Part shown: positions 15,143 through 29,130 of the stretch, in pieces
Position numbering within the stretch: position 1 is the first letter of the stretch
Layout of the letters: every line of letters starts with the position of its first letter
DNA from: the human T2T-CHM13v2.0 reference genome, Homo sapiens
Length of the DNA stretch: 64,000 nucleotides
Strand: one strand, 5' to 3'
Assembly (NCBI RefSeq): GCF_009914755.1
Contig: NC_060947.1
Position numbers and translations under genes: made by a program
Notes under the pieces: generated by a model
Seen by the model: the letters and a program-made list of their open reading frames with translations, nothing else
Told to the model about the DNA's origin: nothing
Database searches by the model: none

Positions 15143-15872
15143 CTCCAACAGCTGTGGTCCTGGATGAAGACCTGGGCTTCCATCGATATTGCCCAGGGGA
15201 ACAGCAAAGGACATAGTGTCACATAGAACTGACCCCTCTGGGATCAGTCTTATTGGAACCTCTGGAGATACTTGGTAACCTCTGCATTCAGGGGGAACAA
15301 AAACCCTTGACATTCTAGTTGAAAATGATATGGTAGACAATTACTGCTGAGAATTCAATTTCCTCCTATTTTTATTTGACATTCCTTTTTCAAGAGATTA
15401 CAGTTGTTTTGTTTTGTGTAACCTCCACTCAGTTTCCCCCAATGGTCACATCTTGTGTAACAGAAGATGGGCATTGGAACAATGTTGTGTGTATAGCTCT
15501 ACATCATCTCATCATGTAGATCCCACAAGCAAGATACAGAACTGTTCCATCACCACAAAGGTCTTCCTCCTGCTGCCCCTTTGTAGTCATACTCACTCCC
15601 CTCCCACCTACCATTCCTAATCCCTGGTGACCACTAATCTGTTTCCCATCTCTGTAATTCTGTCACTTCAAGAATGTCATGTAAATTGAATCATACAGTT
15701 TGTGATCTTTTGCAAATGGATTTTGTCCCCACTCAACATAATGCCCTTGAGACCTATTCAAGTTGTGTGTATAGTTTGTCCTTTTATTGGTGAATAGTAT
15801 TCCATAGTATGGATGTATCACAATATGTTTAACCATTCATCTATTAAAGAACATTTGGGGTTGTTTCCAGGC

Positions 15873-16053
15873 TTTTTTTTTTTTTTTTTTTTTTGAGATA
15901 GGGTTTGTCACCCAGGCTGGACTGCAGGTGTGCAGGTGCAGTGATGTGATCATAGCTCACTGCAGCCTTGAACTCCTGGGCTCAAGCAATCCTCCCACTT
16001 CAGCCTCCCTAGTAGCTGAGACTACAGGCCAGTGCCACCACACCTGGCTAATT
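15873..16053 (-). mobile_element. AluJ right arm
   Basis: Poly-T followed by 'gagatagggtttgtcacccaggctgg...ctcctgggctcaagcaatcc'. Confidence 0.88.
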
Positions 16054-16507
16054 TTGTTTCCAGTTTTTGATATTAATATGTTAGGGCTTAAGTCTGACAT
16101 TTTATTTATTTATTTGTGTTTGATGTCTTTGTTTTTTGTTTCTCTATTCTTTTTCCTGCCTTCCTGTGAGTTACTTGAACATTTCTTTTTTAGAATTGAA
16201 TTTCTATTTACCTATAGTGTTTTTAAAGTGTATCTCTTTGTATCATTTTTATTATTGGTTGCTCTAGCTATTACAATATATATACAGACCTCTTCACATT
16301 CTACTGGTGTTGACATTTTACCACTTTGGTTGAAGTGTAGAACCTTACCTCTCTTTACTCTACTTCCTTTATAATTTAATTGTCTTAAATAGTTCCTCTC
16401 CATACATTGAGAACCATATCAGATAGTGTTATAATTTTTGTTTTAACTATCAAACATAATTTAGGAAACTCAAGAGGAAAAGGACAAATCTATTATATTT
16501 ACCTATA

Positions 16508-16806
16508 TTTTTTTGTTTTGTTTTTTGTTTTGAGAGAGGGTCTCACTCTGTTGCCCAGACTGGAGTGCAGTGGCATGATCTCAGCTCACTGCAACCTCCG
16601 CCTCCCAGGCTCAAGCCTGCCTCAGCCTCTCAAGTAGCTGAGGTTACAGGCACGCACCACCATGTCTGGGTAATTTTTGTATTTTTAGTAGAGTTGGGGT
16701 TTCATCATGTTGGCCAGGCTGGTGTTGAACTGCTGATCTCAGGTGATCCACCCACCTCAGCCTCTCAGAGTGCTGGGATTACAGGCGTGAGCCACTGCAC
16801 CTGGCC
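16508..16806 (-). mobile_element. AluS
   Basis: Full dimeric Alu in antisense orientation. Confidence 0.92.
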
Positions 16807-17421
16807 CAGCCATTCTTTTAAGTCAGGTTTGCTGGTGGCAAATTCTCTCAGTTTTCTTCAACTGAGAACATCTTGATTTCCCCTTCATTCCTGAAGGATA
16901 TTTTTGCTAGATATGGAATTCTGGATTGACAGTTCTTTCCTTCAGCAGATGAAAAATGTTGTGCCACTTACTTCTTGCCTCCATGGTTTTTTGGTGAGAA
17001 ATTCTCTGTGATCGAAATTGTTTTTCCCCTATAGACAAGGTGGTGTTTCTCTCTTACTGCCTTCAAGATTTTGTTTTCAAAAGTTAGACTATGATGTGTC
17101 CTGGTATGGATTTCTTTGTGTTTATCCTATTTGAGACTTATTCAACTTCTTGAATCTGTAAGTTTATGTCTTGGGAAATTTTCAGCCATTGTTTCTTTGA
17201 ATACTTTTTCAGCCTCATCTTTTTTTCTCCTCTCTTTAACTTCCATGACACAAATGTTTGATCTTTTATTATAGTCCCACACGTTCCCCAGGTCTGTTTA
17301 TTTTTTTTTTCTTGACTGTTTTCTCTCTGTAATTCACACTGGGTAATTTCTATTTTTCTATCTTCAAGTTCACTGATTCTTTCCTCTGTCCATTTTATTC
17401 TGCTATTGAATCCATCTACTA

Positions 17422-17798
<377 letters not shown>

Positions 17799-19019
17799 TT
17801 ATTTGCTGGGACTTTATACTTTTTCATTTGTCTTGCTTATGTTTGTAATTTATTGTCAAAGCATCTTTATGAACATCTGTGTCATCTTGTGGTTGGTGTC
17901 TCTTGATTGTCTTTTTTCTCATTTGAGATTTTCCTGGCTTTTGATATAAGTGATTTTTTTATCGAAAGCTGGATATTTGGAGTGTTAAGTTATGAGACTC
18001 TGGATCTTCTGTTTTATCAGCCTCCTTCTGACACTGGTCTGACAGGAAAAGGGGAGCGCCACTTCATTATGGTCAGGTGGAGTAGAAGTCCAGATTCTCC
18101 ATTCAGCCTCCTTTGATACTGGGAGGAGGGTCTCCCCATTACTCCTTGGCAATGTGGGAGTTCATGTTCCCCACAATGCTTCTGCTGATAGCACACAGGC
18201 CAAGAGGGGCAGGGATGCCTTGTTATGGTTCCTTATGCTCTCCACTAACACCATGGTGGTAATGGTCGGGGGTGTGCTTGTAACTGCTGGCTGGTTGTGA
18301 AAGTGCTGATTTTACACTAGACCTCCTCTGATACCACTCCAGTGGGTAAAAGAGGAGGGACCCCCTCCTTATTTCCAGGTGGCTGTGGAAGTCCAGGCTT
18401 CCTATGTAGTCTCCACTGGCACTGTGTCAGAGGGGGCTTGTTATTGCCCAGAACTAATAAGTTTTGGCTCCCAACTTGCCTTTCTCTGACGCCTCCCTGA
18501 TGGGGGATTTGGGCACTTTGTTACAGCCTGCCAAGGGTGGAAGTCCAAGTTTCCCATTTGGCCTCTGTTAGCATGGGTGGTACCGCAATTTTTTCTGTGG
18601 TGTTGGTTTGGAGTAGAGTGGTGATTATTACCTAAAACTCTTCTGTCATGAAAGGTTGCCCCTTTCCTGTTCCTTTGCCTAGAGAGAGTAGGCTTTTTTT
18701 AAGCCTTAAAGCTTCTTTCTTTCTTTCTCTCTCTCTTTCTTTCTTTCTTTCCTTTTTTGTCTATGCTCATTGGTGTTTCCAGGTTATCAGCTTCTCCAGC
18801 ACCCAGTCCAGCATATACGAGGGAAAAACATCCTCAGGGGACTCACTGCTGTGTCATTCCTGTGTCATTCTGAGGTCTATAGCTATCTGCCTTATACTAT
18901 CTACTTTTCAGAGTCTTCTTATGTTTATGTTTTATACAATGTCCAGGGTCTATAACTTTACTTAGCAGGTAGAAAAGGGAAAAGTACACCTACCACATCT
19001 TTCTGGAAACAGAAATTCT

Positions 19020-21500
19020 ATTGCTTTGTTTGGAAAAATCATTTTATCATGGAAAGATTTAAATATACACAAAAAGTAGAGAGATAAGTAAAATGAACCC
19101 CGTTTACTCAGCTTCAACAATTTTAAACATTTTGCGACTCTTCTTTCATTTATCCTCCCCACCCTAAGATTTGTGGGAGTCTTTTAAATGCAAATCCTAG
19201 ATATTATATGAGTTCACTTAATGTGAGTATGCATCTCTAACAGAAAATTCTTTTACATAACTACAATACCATTACCACAATTTTTTAATTAATAATTCCT
19301 AAATATAATTAAATACCAATTCATATTCAAATCTCCATGATTGTGTCAAGAAGTACTTTTAAAGCTGATTTTAAAAAAAATAGGATCCAAACTGAATGTA
19401 GCATTTAATTTGGTTGTTAATCAGGTCATTTTTCCTATAAAATATCCCACGTTCTGGATTTGGCTGATTGTTTCCCAGTGGTGACATCAAACTTGTTCTT
19501 CTATCTCCTATATTCACCATAAACTGGGAGTTAGAGAGCTAGACATTTGATTAGATTTCGGTTCAATTTTTACTTTTGGCATTATCAATACATCACAGGT
19601 GATGCTGCATGCTTCCTATTGTATCACATCAGGAGGCACATAATATGTAGCTCTTCCACTCAGTGATGCTCAAATTGATTGGTGGGTTCAGTTGGTATCA
19701 ACCTGATCCCTCCTTTGTAAAGTTCCAACAACTATTTTACCTAATCTTTTTTATCTGTTCATGATCATTGCCCTAGATAAGTGGTTCTCAACTAGAGGAA
19801 ATTTTGTCCCCCAGAGGACATTTGACAAAGTCTGGAGACATTTTTTTATGGTCATGACTGGTTGGGGGGTGGCGGATGGGGGAGTGCTATTAGCATTTAG
19901 TGGATAGGTGCCAGAGATGCTGCTAAAAATCCTTCAGTGCATAGGACAGCCCCCAGATAATTATCTAGCCACTAATGTCAATAGTGCCAGGGTTAAGCAA
20001 CCTTGGCCTGGATCTATTATTTCATTAGGGATTGCAAAGGGGGATATACTAATTCTACAATTTCTCCTGCATTTTCTGTTTGAAATTGTTGCATATAAAA
20101 GAACGTCTTTAAGTATTTGGTTACCCTGAAATGCAGTTCATACTGGAAAGGTGACATAAATTCTTGATTTTTCTCTTTATTTTATTTTTGCAATAATGAT
20201 TTGTTGCCCTAGTATCACTCAGGGGTGACCAATGTTTTTAAATGTCATTATGAACTCATGTATTTTATACATTTGATGCTTCATGAACTGCAGCATCTTT
20301 AATTGTCCCAATATAGGCAAGTGAGAACCCTTTCATAATGGTTCCTGTGTTCTTTTGGCATAACTCCATTAGTCTTTGATATCTCATTTGCTTTCTAGCA
20401 AACCAAGATGTTCCAGACTCATTTTGTATTTTTCCTGTTACAGACCTGGAAACATCATTTCTCCAAGGAGGATTGGCTCCTTTTGGTAGGAAATGATATG
20501 TAGAGACCATTCTGCTATGTCTTTTCAGTGGACAGAACTAGAAAATATGTACTTTTTAGAAAAAGAAAAATAAATTATAAGTTCACGTGGATATTTGTAT
20601 TCTAAAAGTAAGACTACAGAGTTTTTTTCTTTTTGAATTTTATAACTGCATGATTTTCCTTACTTTATGTTAAAAATCTTGATTCCTGACAACATTATCA
20701 TAATTACTTATTTGTTTTATCCTACAACATACATTTAACAGTTTCAAAATAATAATACCAATAATACTACTAGAAAAAGACTACTGAACACAGTTCCTTT
20801 TTTCTTTGGGGTATATCCCATGGGAGATGTATAGTCAGAACATTGTTTCTAAGTTACTTGAAATAAACATTTTCTTTGTGTGGTTATACCATCAATTTGC
20901 TACACAGTTAGGGTCATTTGATTCAGTTTGCTTTTAGAGATTTTTTTTTCTTTTTAATTGACAGGATTCTAAAGTCAAAGCTGTAAAACAAGGGACTTTA
21001 GAAACATCTCATTTTCTTGCCTATTCCCTCCACCCTATTTCCTCCTTCCCCCATAAGTAACCATTTAAGTTAATTTACATTCCATTGTACCATTTATTTC
21101 TAAGATGTAAGTAAATGTTTCTGTAAATATTTGTATTTCCCCAACTTTCTTACCCAAAAGGTAGCATACTATATACAATGATCTGTACTTGGTTTGTCCA
21201 CTTAACAATATATTCCAGCTGTTAATCCTAATCTCACTATATAGAAATCTGTCTCATTCCATAATACTTCATTTCATGGCTCCACTACAATTTATTCAAC
21301 TACTCCCTTAGTGGTGGACATTTATTTTCCTCCAGTCTTTTGTTATTACACATAGTGCTGCAATGAATGACCTTGTGCATATGTCATTTTGTATCTTTGG
21401 GTCAGATTCCCAGAAGTGGGATTACTGAGTCAAATAGTGAATACACATGTAATTGTGGAGACATTGCTGAATTTCCTTCTATTGAGGTTATATAATTTCA
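19020..21500 (-). mobile_element. Old L1MC/L1ME 3' region fragments
   Basis: AT-rich antisense L1 3' UTR motifs (e.g. 19045-19750, 20010-21500). Confidence 0.6.
19779..20005. mobile_element. MER20 (hAT-Charlie MITE)
   Basis: 'agtggttctcaactagaggaaattttgtcccccagaggacatttgacaaagtctggagacattttt...aatgtcaatagtgccagggttaagcaacc'. Confidence 0.9.
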
Positions 21501-22659
21501 TTTGTATTGCTTTTTGTGGTTTTAAAAGGATTAATATTTTGAAAAAGAATTAAAAGTGTGATTAAGATTTTTATCTGCCAATTTGGGTGCAATATACCCT
21601 TCCCCACTCTTCAAGCTTGAAAGAGGCATTCAGGACAAGCACAAGAAGTCAGATTCCAAACTTCGGTGAGTAAAATTGCAGAATGTGTTATTCGTGGTGC
21701 TTCTGTCTAAGCTCAGGCCCAGGGCCAGCTATATCCCACAGGGCTAACTCCAGCACTGGACACAGATTTGGGGATTCCAGGGTTTTCCTAAAAGGCAGGG
21801 GCAAGATAGATAGGCAGTTTGCCAGGTGTTGTGCCAGCATGCAGGAGGCTGGTACAGAGCCCATGTAATGCAGATAGATAGAGAATCAAAAGTATAAGTC
21901 AAATGGGGCATCATTCTGAAGGGGTACAGTCAGAGGTACTGAAGACTGAGGGGTGCTAAGAAACAGACTAGCTGGGGGCACTATGTGGTGAAAACTGGGG
22001 AAATAGCTGGTCATGGTATGATGCAGTATAATCTACATCATTGCTGTCATCTCTTATAACCTTGACTTTGCTGTCTCTTTGAGCCTTTCCTTTCTTTCAG
22101 CCAGAGAAGGGCTTGGGCCATTGGAATCACATGGGTGCAGGCTACCTAGGGCTAGATGTGTGCTTGAAGGAAGGCTTGGGCTCCTCCATTCCCTGCCCCT
22201 TCCACACCACTAGCCTTGCTTCTTCCCTCTGTAGGGCTGGAATCTCCTGGAAGCCTGTGGTAGATCCTGATGACCCCATTCCTCAGTTCCCTGATTGCTG
22301 GTATGGCTACAGGAGTACAGGATGCAAGGCCTAGTCCTGCTGCATTGGTAGCAGGGGTTGCTGAGCTGACTCCCTTGGTAATCATGAATGGGCCAGCAGC
22401 ATGGCTATTCCTAAGCAGTTGGGCATGGTCCAAATGGATGGGAGGAGCCTACCTGATCAACTCTTAGACCTAGGGGCCCTGGTGCTAAATGGATTTGCTC
22501 TTTCCCTTTTCTTTACCTGCGTAAAGACTTGCAGGCCACTAGTGAGACATCAGTGGCATGGAAAAAGTAGGCATCAGACATCTCGTTGTTGAAATTAGGT
22601 ATATTCTGAATAGGAAGAGGCATAGAAGCAAAAAGTAAGCGTAGGCAAATTGAAGGTAC

Positions 22660-23090
22660 TTAAGGTTTTTGTGCCTCAGTTTCCTCATCTGTATAGTGAG
22701 AATAATATTAGTACCTACCCCATCAGGGTGTGATAAGACACTTATAAAACACTGCCTGGCATATCATAAGCAATTAATAAATGTTAGTTACTATTATTAT
22801 GATTTGATTACAATTATTGTATGTAAACCATAAATCATTTCATGTCATTTCCTTGCTTAAAAGCTTTCAAATGATTCTCATTGCAATTGAGACAATATTC
22901 AAATTCTATATAATTGTCTACAAAGCTCCAGGTAATCTGGCCCCTGCCTGCACCTCTATCTTCATCCTCCACTTATGCCACTCTCCTCCTTCTTGGTCAC
23001 TAAGCTCAAGCCCTTCTGGCCTTATTTTCGTTTGTTGAAATCATCAAGCCCCCACCCTTTTTTTTTGTCTCGGGCCCTTTTCCCTTGCTC
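22660..23090 (+). mobile_element. MIR followed by L2 fragment
   Basis: MIR core 'tgtgcctcagtttcctcatctgtatagtgagaataata'; L2 motif 'ctacaaagctccaggtaatctggcccctgcctgcacctct'. Confidence 0.7.
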
Positions 23091-23289
23091 TATACTTTTA
23101 TAATCAGGAAAAAAAAACTTTCACAAATACAACACCAAAATTCAGGATCCACAAATAAAAGTTTCAGAAACTTGTTTACATAATAATCTTAAACATCATA
23201 TGGTAAAAAATAAAGTAAAATACAACAGCCAATGATAAATGGGAAAAACACATATGTACACTAGACTCTGACACACAATGGGCTAGTAG

Positions 23290-23460
23290 CTAACAGCCCA
23301 ACCTCTTGGGTGTCTCTCAATCTCTCTGTGCCTCAGTTCCTTCACATGTAAAATGGGGATGATAACAGCACCTACTTCTCAAAATTGTGGTGAGGTTTAA
23401 ATAATTTAATAGAGCAGCTTTTGGCATACTTCAAGTACCATACAAGTGTTACTTACGATA
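23290..23460 (+). mobile_element. MIR
   Basis: 'ctctctgtgcctcagttccttcacatgtaaaatggggatgataacagcacctac'. Confidence 0.8.
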
Positions 23461-24698
23461 ATGATTAATAAGAAGCCACAAGAAAAATAGGCAAAGGATG
23501 TCAATAGGCAGTTTGCAAAAAAGGTAATACAAAATGATCAATAAACATAAGAAAATATGGTTGATTTCATGCACAATGAAAAACATACATTTGTTCATTT
23601 TACAAATATTTAAATATGTATTAAGTCCCAAGGAGGCATTGGGAATACAATAGTAAACATTTTACTCTCATGGAGTTTATATTGATTATGTGTGTGTGTG
23701 TGTAATATATAATATATCATGTGGTGGTGATTTAACATATCATGTGGTGATGGTGTTTAAGGGAAGAGCTTTCCAAAAAAAAAAAAAAAAGAAGAAGAAG
23801 AAGAAACAATAAGGGCATAGGCCTGGAAGCAGAAGCCAGCTTAGCTTATTCAAAGAACAGCAATAAATCGAGTTTGTTTGAGGCAATGCTAAGTTGATAG
23901 AAAGTGAGGTCTAAGAGTCTAAGGCCAGAATCAGTAGGGCCTTAAAGGCCAGGAAAAGAACTTGAAATTCCATCAGGAGTGAAAATAAGAAGCTTGCTAT
24001 CACCTAGGAATATTGTATTCAGCTACATATAACCAGGTTCCAAATAACAAAGACTTAAATAGGATGACATTTTGAGCATTACACTGATCTTAAGACACTA
24101 TTGCCTGTGAGACACTCCAGTATATTATGTGCCACCAAGAAAGAAAAAAAAATGCTGCCAAATATAATCATAAATTGTCATTTAAAGATTTCAGGGATGT
24201 TGAAAATCTTTAAATGATTTTCATTTAAGATGTACCTCTTAGAGTTGACAAAATATGATATATTTTTTTCTCATGTAAGGATAGGTCCAGAGGTGATCAG
24301 CTTTTTGGTCTTTCCATCATGATTGGTTGCAAAATGGCTATAAGCTATAGCCTTTAAATCCTCATTTCCAGAAAGGAGAAAGAGAAATCAGGAAGGGGGA
24401 AAATGCCTTTTAGTTTTTATGGTAATTTAAGGATCACTTTTTAAAGTCTACCCCAAAAAACTCATTGGAAGTTTTTACTGGCATTGCACTGGGTGTGTAG
24501 ATCAATTTGGAGAGAACTTCTATATATTACAGTCTAATTTATATTTCATTAAAAAAATACAGCTGGACCTCCATATCCGTGGGTTCCGAGTCATGGGATT
24601 CAACCAAACACAGATGGAAAATATTCAGGAAAAAAAAAGGATGGTTGCATCTGTACCAAACAGGTACAGACTTTTTTTCTTGTCACTATTCCCTAAAC

Positions 24699-25044
24699 CA
24701 GGGGTCTCCAACCCGGGGGGCCACCTGTTAGGAACCGGGCCGCACAGCAGGAGGTGAGCAGCGGGCGGGCCAGCATTATGGCCTGAGCTCCGCCTCTTGT
24801 CAGATCAGCAGCGGCATTAGATTCTCATAGGAGCATGAACGCTATTGTGAACTGTGCATGCGAGGGATCTAAGTTGCACGCGCCTTATGAGAATCTAATG
24901 CCTGGTGATCTGAGGTGGCACAGTTTCATCCGGAAACCATCTCCCCGCCCCTGAAGCCCCCCATCCCTTCCCAACCGCCGTTAAAAAAAAAAAGTCTTCC
25001 ACAAAACGGGTCCCTGGTGGTGCCAAACAGGTTAGGGATCGCTG
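24699..25044 (+). mobile_element. MER1B (hAT-Charlie) inserted in MER2
   Basis: CAGGGGTCTCCAACC...GGTTAGGGATCGCTG termini with perfect 8-bp TSD CCCTAAAC (24691-24698 and 25045-25052). Confidence 0.93.
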
Positions 25045-25107
25045 CCCTAAACAATAGAGTACGGCAACTATTTACATAGCATCTGCATTGTATCAGGTAT
25101 GATACAA

Positions 25108-25176
25108 AAAGTAACCTAGAGATGATTCAAAGTAACCTAGAGATGATTCAAAGTAACCTAGAGATGATTCAAAGTA
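25108..25176. repeat. Perfect tandem triplication of 21-bp AAAGTAACCTAGAGATGATTC
   Basis: Three identical copies plus AAAGTA, read directly. Confidence 0.95.
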
Positions 25177-25829
25177 TATGAGGGGCTGTGTATAGGTTAT
25201 ATGCAAATACTACACAACATTTTATATCAGGGACCTGAATCTCTATGGATTTTGGTATCCACAGGGGTCCTGGAACCAATCTCCCACGGATTACCAAGGG
25301 ACAACTGCATGTATAAAACATGCTTGTATTTGCATAGACAATTTCTTAAAGGCTAAATGTGAAAGTGCTAACAAGTAGTTATCTCAGGGGAATAAAAATG
25401 GGTGTGATTGGCGGGGGAGGGAAGAGCTTTAACTTTTCATGTTATGCCTTGTATACCTTGTTATTAAAAAAACACGAATATTGTATATATTACTTTTATA
25501 ATAATAAATATAAACTAGCAACTTTTAAAGTGGAATGTGCATCACCCTGGAGTACAGGAGTTTTAAGGGGATCAATTTCTATATCCTCAAATTTCCTGTG
25601 TAGTCTTTTAAAATTGACCTGCCAGAGAACATACTTGCAGTGTAGGAATCAAACTGGTTCTCTTTTTCTATCTCCCCTTTCACAATGGTCCTTTTTGCAC
25701 TTTACAAAAGAAAAAGCATATCTTTTACCTATCCTGAATCTTAACCTGGGTGCGCTGCCCTGTGATGTAAAATCCTTGGGGCACAGGAGAGACAATTCCG
25801 AACAATGCTGACGATGGTAAACAAACAAC

Positions 25830-26770
25830 TTGCTCTAACAAATGAATGGGGATAAAATCCTTTTGCAACTCAGATGGTTTCCAATTCTTTGCTTCCAGTA
25901 GAATTGAAGAAAAAACCTATGAAGTTATCAGCTGATAAATCATGAGAAATAATTTTGAGGATAAATCATTGTGTAATTTCCCCCCATATATCTCCAAAGG
26001 AATTCAAAGACTTGCGTGCATTGCTAAAACAAAATGTCCATTCCTATTCACTTATTCATATAAATGAGGTTTCTGTGTGCTAACATTTAACCAAACAAAA
26101 AATAGGAAGAGAATTGATGCTGAAGCCTATCTCATTCTAGCAAAAAGCAATGTTTATCCATGGATACACCCATTAATTTTTTTTAAAAAAGCCCTATCTA
26201 CAATGAACTTTTGTTTTACGTTTAATAATTACCTATCAAAATTTGTAATATATTCACAATGTTTTGATCCATTTTATTCTAATACTAATTGTCATGATAA
26301 TTCAAACAAGAGCAAATTTTTAAACAACACTTAGAGCCTTATAATCAGAGGAACATTTAAAGAGCATTTAAATTGAAAAATATATACACATTTTTGCTGC
26401 AGAGAAATACGATAGGATAATCAAAAACATTTCAAGTGAAAAAACAGACAATTATTGAGACAAAATTCTGTTGGAAAAACAGAATGGAATTAAGAGCTGA
26501 GAAAAGGGAAAATGTACAACTTCCAAGTATCAAAGAAGAGCTCAGTTATACATTTTTAAAACAGATGATGGTGGCTCTCAAGTCACTAAGGTATTTAGGT
26601 TTCACCGGATTCATGTGAAATAGTGACATAACAGTTTTATTTTTGAATATTAACATTTGTCACAAATTACATTATTTGTAGCCAATTGACATTTGTGATG
26701 CAAAATATCAGACATCAACCCAAAAATGTGTGAAGGAGCACACGTTTTTCTTAATATTTTTAGAGAGCAT
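25830..26770 (+). mobile_element. hAT-Charlie transposon remnant (transposase C-terminal region and 3' end)
   Basis: Decayed 'WIKNPF', 'KLSAD', 'PFLFTY', 'KNRKRIDAEAYLILA' (ORF 26077) motifs typical of the Charlie dimerization region. Confidence 0.65.
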
Positions 26771-29130
26771 TTTATATAAACCAATAGTTTTATATAAACA
26801 TACAAAACATATATGAGGAATTGTCATTTACTCTTTTGCCACCTTGTGGTCAGAGTTGGATTTATCACCCAGGTGCATCTACTGCGAAGGAGAGCTGTCT
26901 CTCCTAAGGATAGCCCCAACTGCCTGCATTCTGTCAGATCTTTGTGAGGCAGAGATGGTAACATTTGCTAGGATCTGGGTCCAGATCCACATAAGGACAA
27001 AGCATCTAAAGATTTTGGTGACACCCTCCACACGTGATTCAAAACAAAAGCATCATGTAATCAGGAAATGAATGTAAGGAAGTACAACAAAGTTCTGATT
27101 TTTCCCACGAGGACTACTTAAAAAAAATCAAATGTCAAACTGTTTCTGGTATTTTTTCTTTTTTGATTTTTTGTCTTTGGTGCCTCTTCTCTGCTAGTGA
27201 CATAGACTTTCCTTAGTGTGCCTTTTGGGGAAGCCATCCCTGATTTCAGTAGCCCTGGAGTAAGTTGGAGTGCTGTGTCCACAGCTCTTGGTACATCTGG
27301 CCCTCGGTCAGTGCAGAATAAACATTTGTTGAGTGAATGGTGACAGAGCCCTCCATTTTCAGAACACGCTGGCCTGGGCAGAGTCCAGGTGGACCTATGG
27401 GCTTCTGCAGGAAGTTGATCACTAAGTCAACAAGTTACCATGGCTAATCTTCAATGGTAGACAGTCCCAGGTACACAGAGATCTTTAGGTCTTTTTGTTG
27501 TCAGTCTGGAGGTGGGATGAGAGTATCCTCCACCCCCTCATCCATGACCTCGGTTGTTTTTAGCAGCAGCAGCAGCAGCAGGATTCCTTCAGTGAGTGTG
27601 CTAGTTGCAGTTCCTCTGGTTGCAGGCCACAAAGGGCAGGCATTTATTGAAAGGATGCTGGGGTGCTTCAAGGAATTGAAGCAAGAGCTGACTCAGGAAG
27701 GGTAGGGCCCAGGGCAACCCTCAGTTTTATGGGAACCACGCATCCTCCTTTCAAGGGCTCCTGATTCCTGAGGCCCAACTCCTGCTGCTAACCCTAGGAG
27801 GCCTCCCCATCCCCTCCCTAGAGGAAGGGGCCAGGTGGAGAGCTGATGTCCAGTGCTGAGCAAGGAGAATGTTGCTAGGGTATGTATACTCAGGCAGCAC
27901 AGCCACACAAGCCAGACAGCGTGCACTAGGCTACAGCCAGCCACCACCAGGATTAGGGGACTAGACTCTTCCTAGAACACTCTTTCTCCTCCTACTCCTG
28001 TCCTGATGCCTGCCCTGGGCTGCACTCTCTGGGACCAGCAGCTACAGCCCGACACCCTCGAGCCATGACCCAGGTCTGAGCCACTTGCTCTGGGCACACT
28101 CCTCGTGGGCTCTGGGGTGCTGCTGCCCAGTGCCAGCAGCCCCTTGGCACAGGGGTTCCCAGAGGCCTCTCAGCCTCATGTCCGACTCCCTCTCCCTGCT
28201 GGCAGCTCCACAGGCTTCTTTCCACTTCCACCTGCTGCCCCCCCCCCCCGGGATGCTGCCAGGGCTTAAGGGTCTTGGGAGTGTGTCCTGTAGTTTAGGC
28301 CCCCTCTCAGCTGTAGGGGAAGTGCCAGCTGTAGGGATGGCCTTGTCGTGCCTCGTCCCTCCAGCTGGCCTTGGAGAGAAGAGGTGGATTGTGCCATCGG
28401 GCTGCTCAGCGTCTGCTGGGCCAGGAGGCCGGCTGTCAAGCCATTAACCCACCCGTGGCCTTGGGAGCCCAGGAGGACGCGAGCAGCAGGCCCAGACCCT
28501 GCAGAGCGCTGATAAGATGGGCCAGGGACGCGCCTCTCCAGGCCCAGCGGCCTTGGTAGCCCGGCCCCCCCGGAGCTGGGGTCCAGGCCTCCCCAGAACT
28601 GCAGCTGGAGCTTCATCCTTTTCGGGAAGCGCAGGACCTGGCGTGGGAAGGGAGACAGGGACGAGGCTAGAGGCAGGCTCGGCCGCCGAAATGATGGCCT
28701 GTCACGGCTTCTGCCTGCGCTCCCTAGGACCCCCCTCAGAGGGGACATTTCACAGCCTCAGAAACATTTCTGGACTTGGCACCCGCTCGGCCCCCAGCCC
28801 CGCAGTGGCCGAGGGAAGCCTGCATAGACGAGGGGAAGGACGAGGAGAGGGGAGGAGACGATGAAGGGGGTCAGAGCAGCGATTGGAGCCGAGAGCTGGA
28901 AGCGCCTTAAAGAGACTGCGCGGTCCCCGCCCCCCTTCCCGCCAGCCTCAATGAATTAGAGCTGTGTTTCCCAAACTTGCCTGATCATAAGCAGCCTCGG
29001 GGGCCCTAGTTAGAGATACAGGTTCCGGAGTACCTCCCTTCGAGATTCTGATTCAGTAGGCCTGCGGGTGGAGCCAAGGAATCTGTAATTTTAACACGCT
29101 CCCCACGTGATTCTCGTGAACAAGCAAGTT
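26614..29130 (-). ncRNA. USP27X-DT: Divergent lncRNA from the USP27X promoter (approximate extent)
   Basis: Existence and approximate span recalled from the human annotation. The sequence shows a CpG island extending leftwards and a minus-strand AATAAA at 26641-26636. Exon structure not determined. Confidence 0.6.
27562..27581. repeat. Short (CAG/CTG)6 tract
   Basis: agcagcagcagcagcagcag read directly. Confidence 0.9.

Larger units (their letters stand above)
24558..25310 (-). mobile_element. MER2 (Tigger MITE) split by MER1B
   Basis: Termini 'tacagctggacctccatatccgtggg' and 'accaagggacaactg'; MER2 body 'aacctagagatgattcaaagtata'. Confidence 0.85.

Noticed and set aside
27562-27581. (CAG)6 as an expansion-type repeat or poly-Ser/Gln coding tract
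   Set aside because: Too short, and the surrounding 83-aa ORF has no coding support
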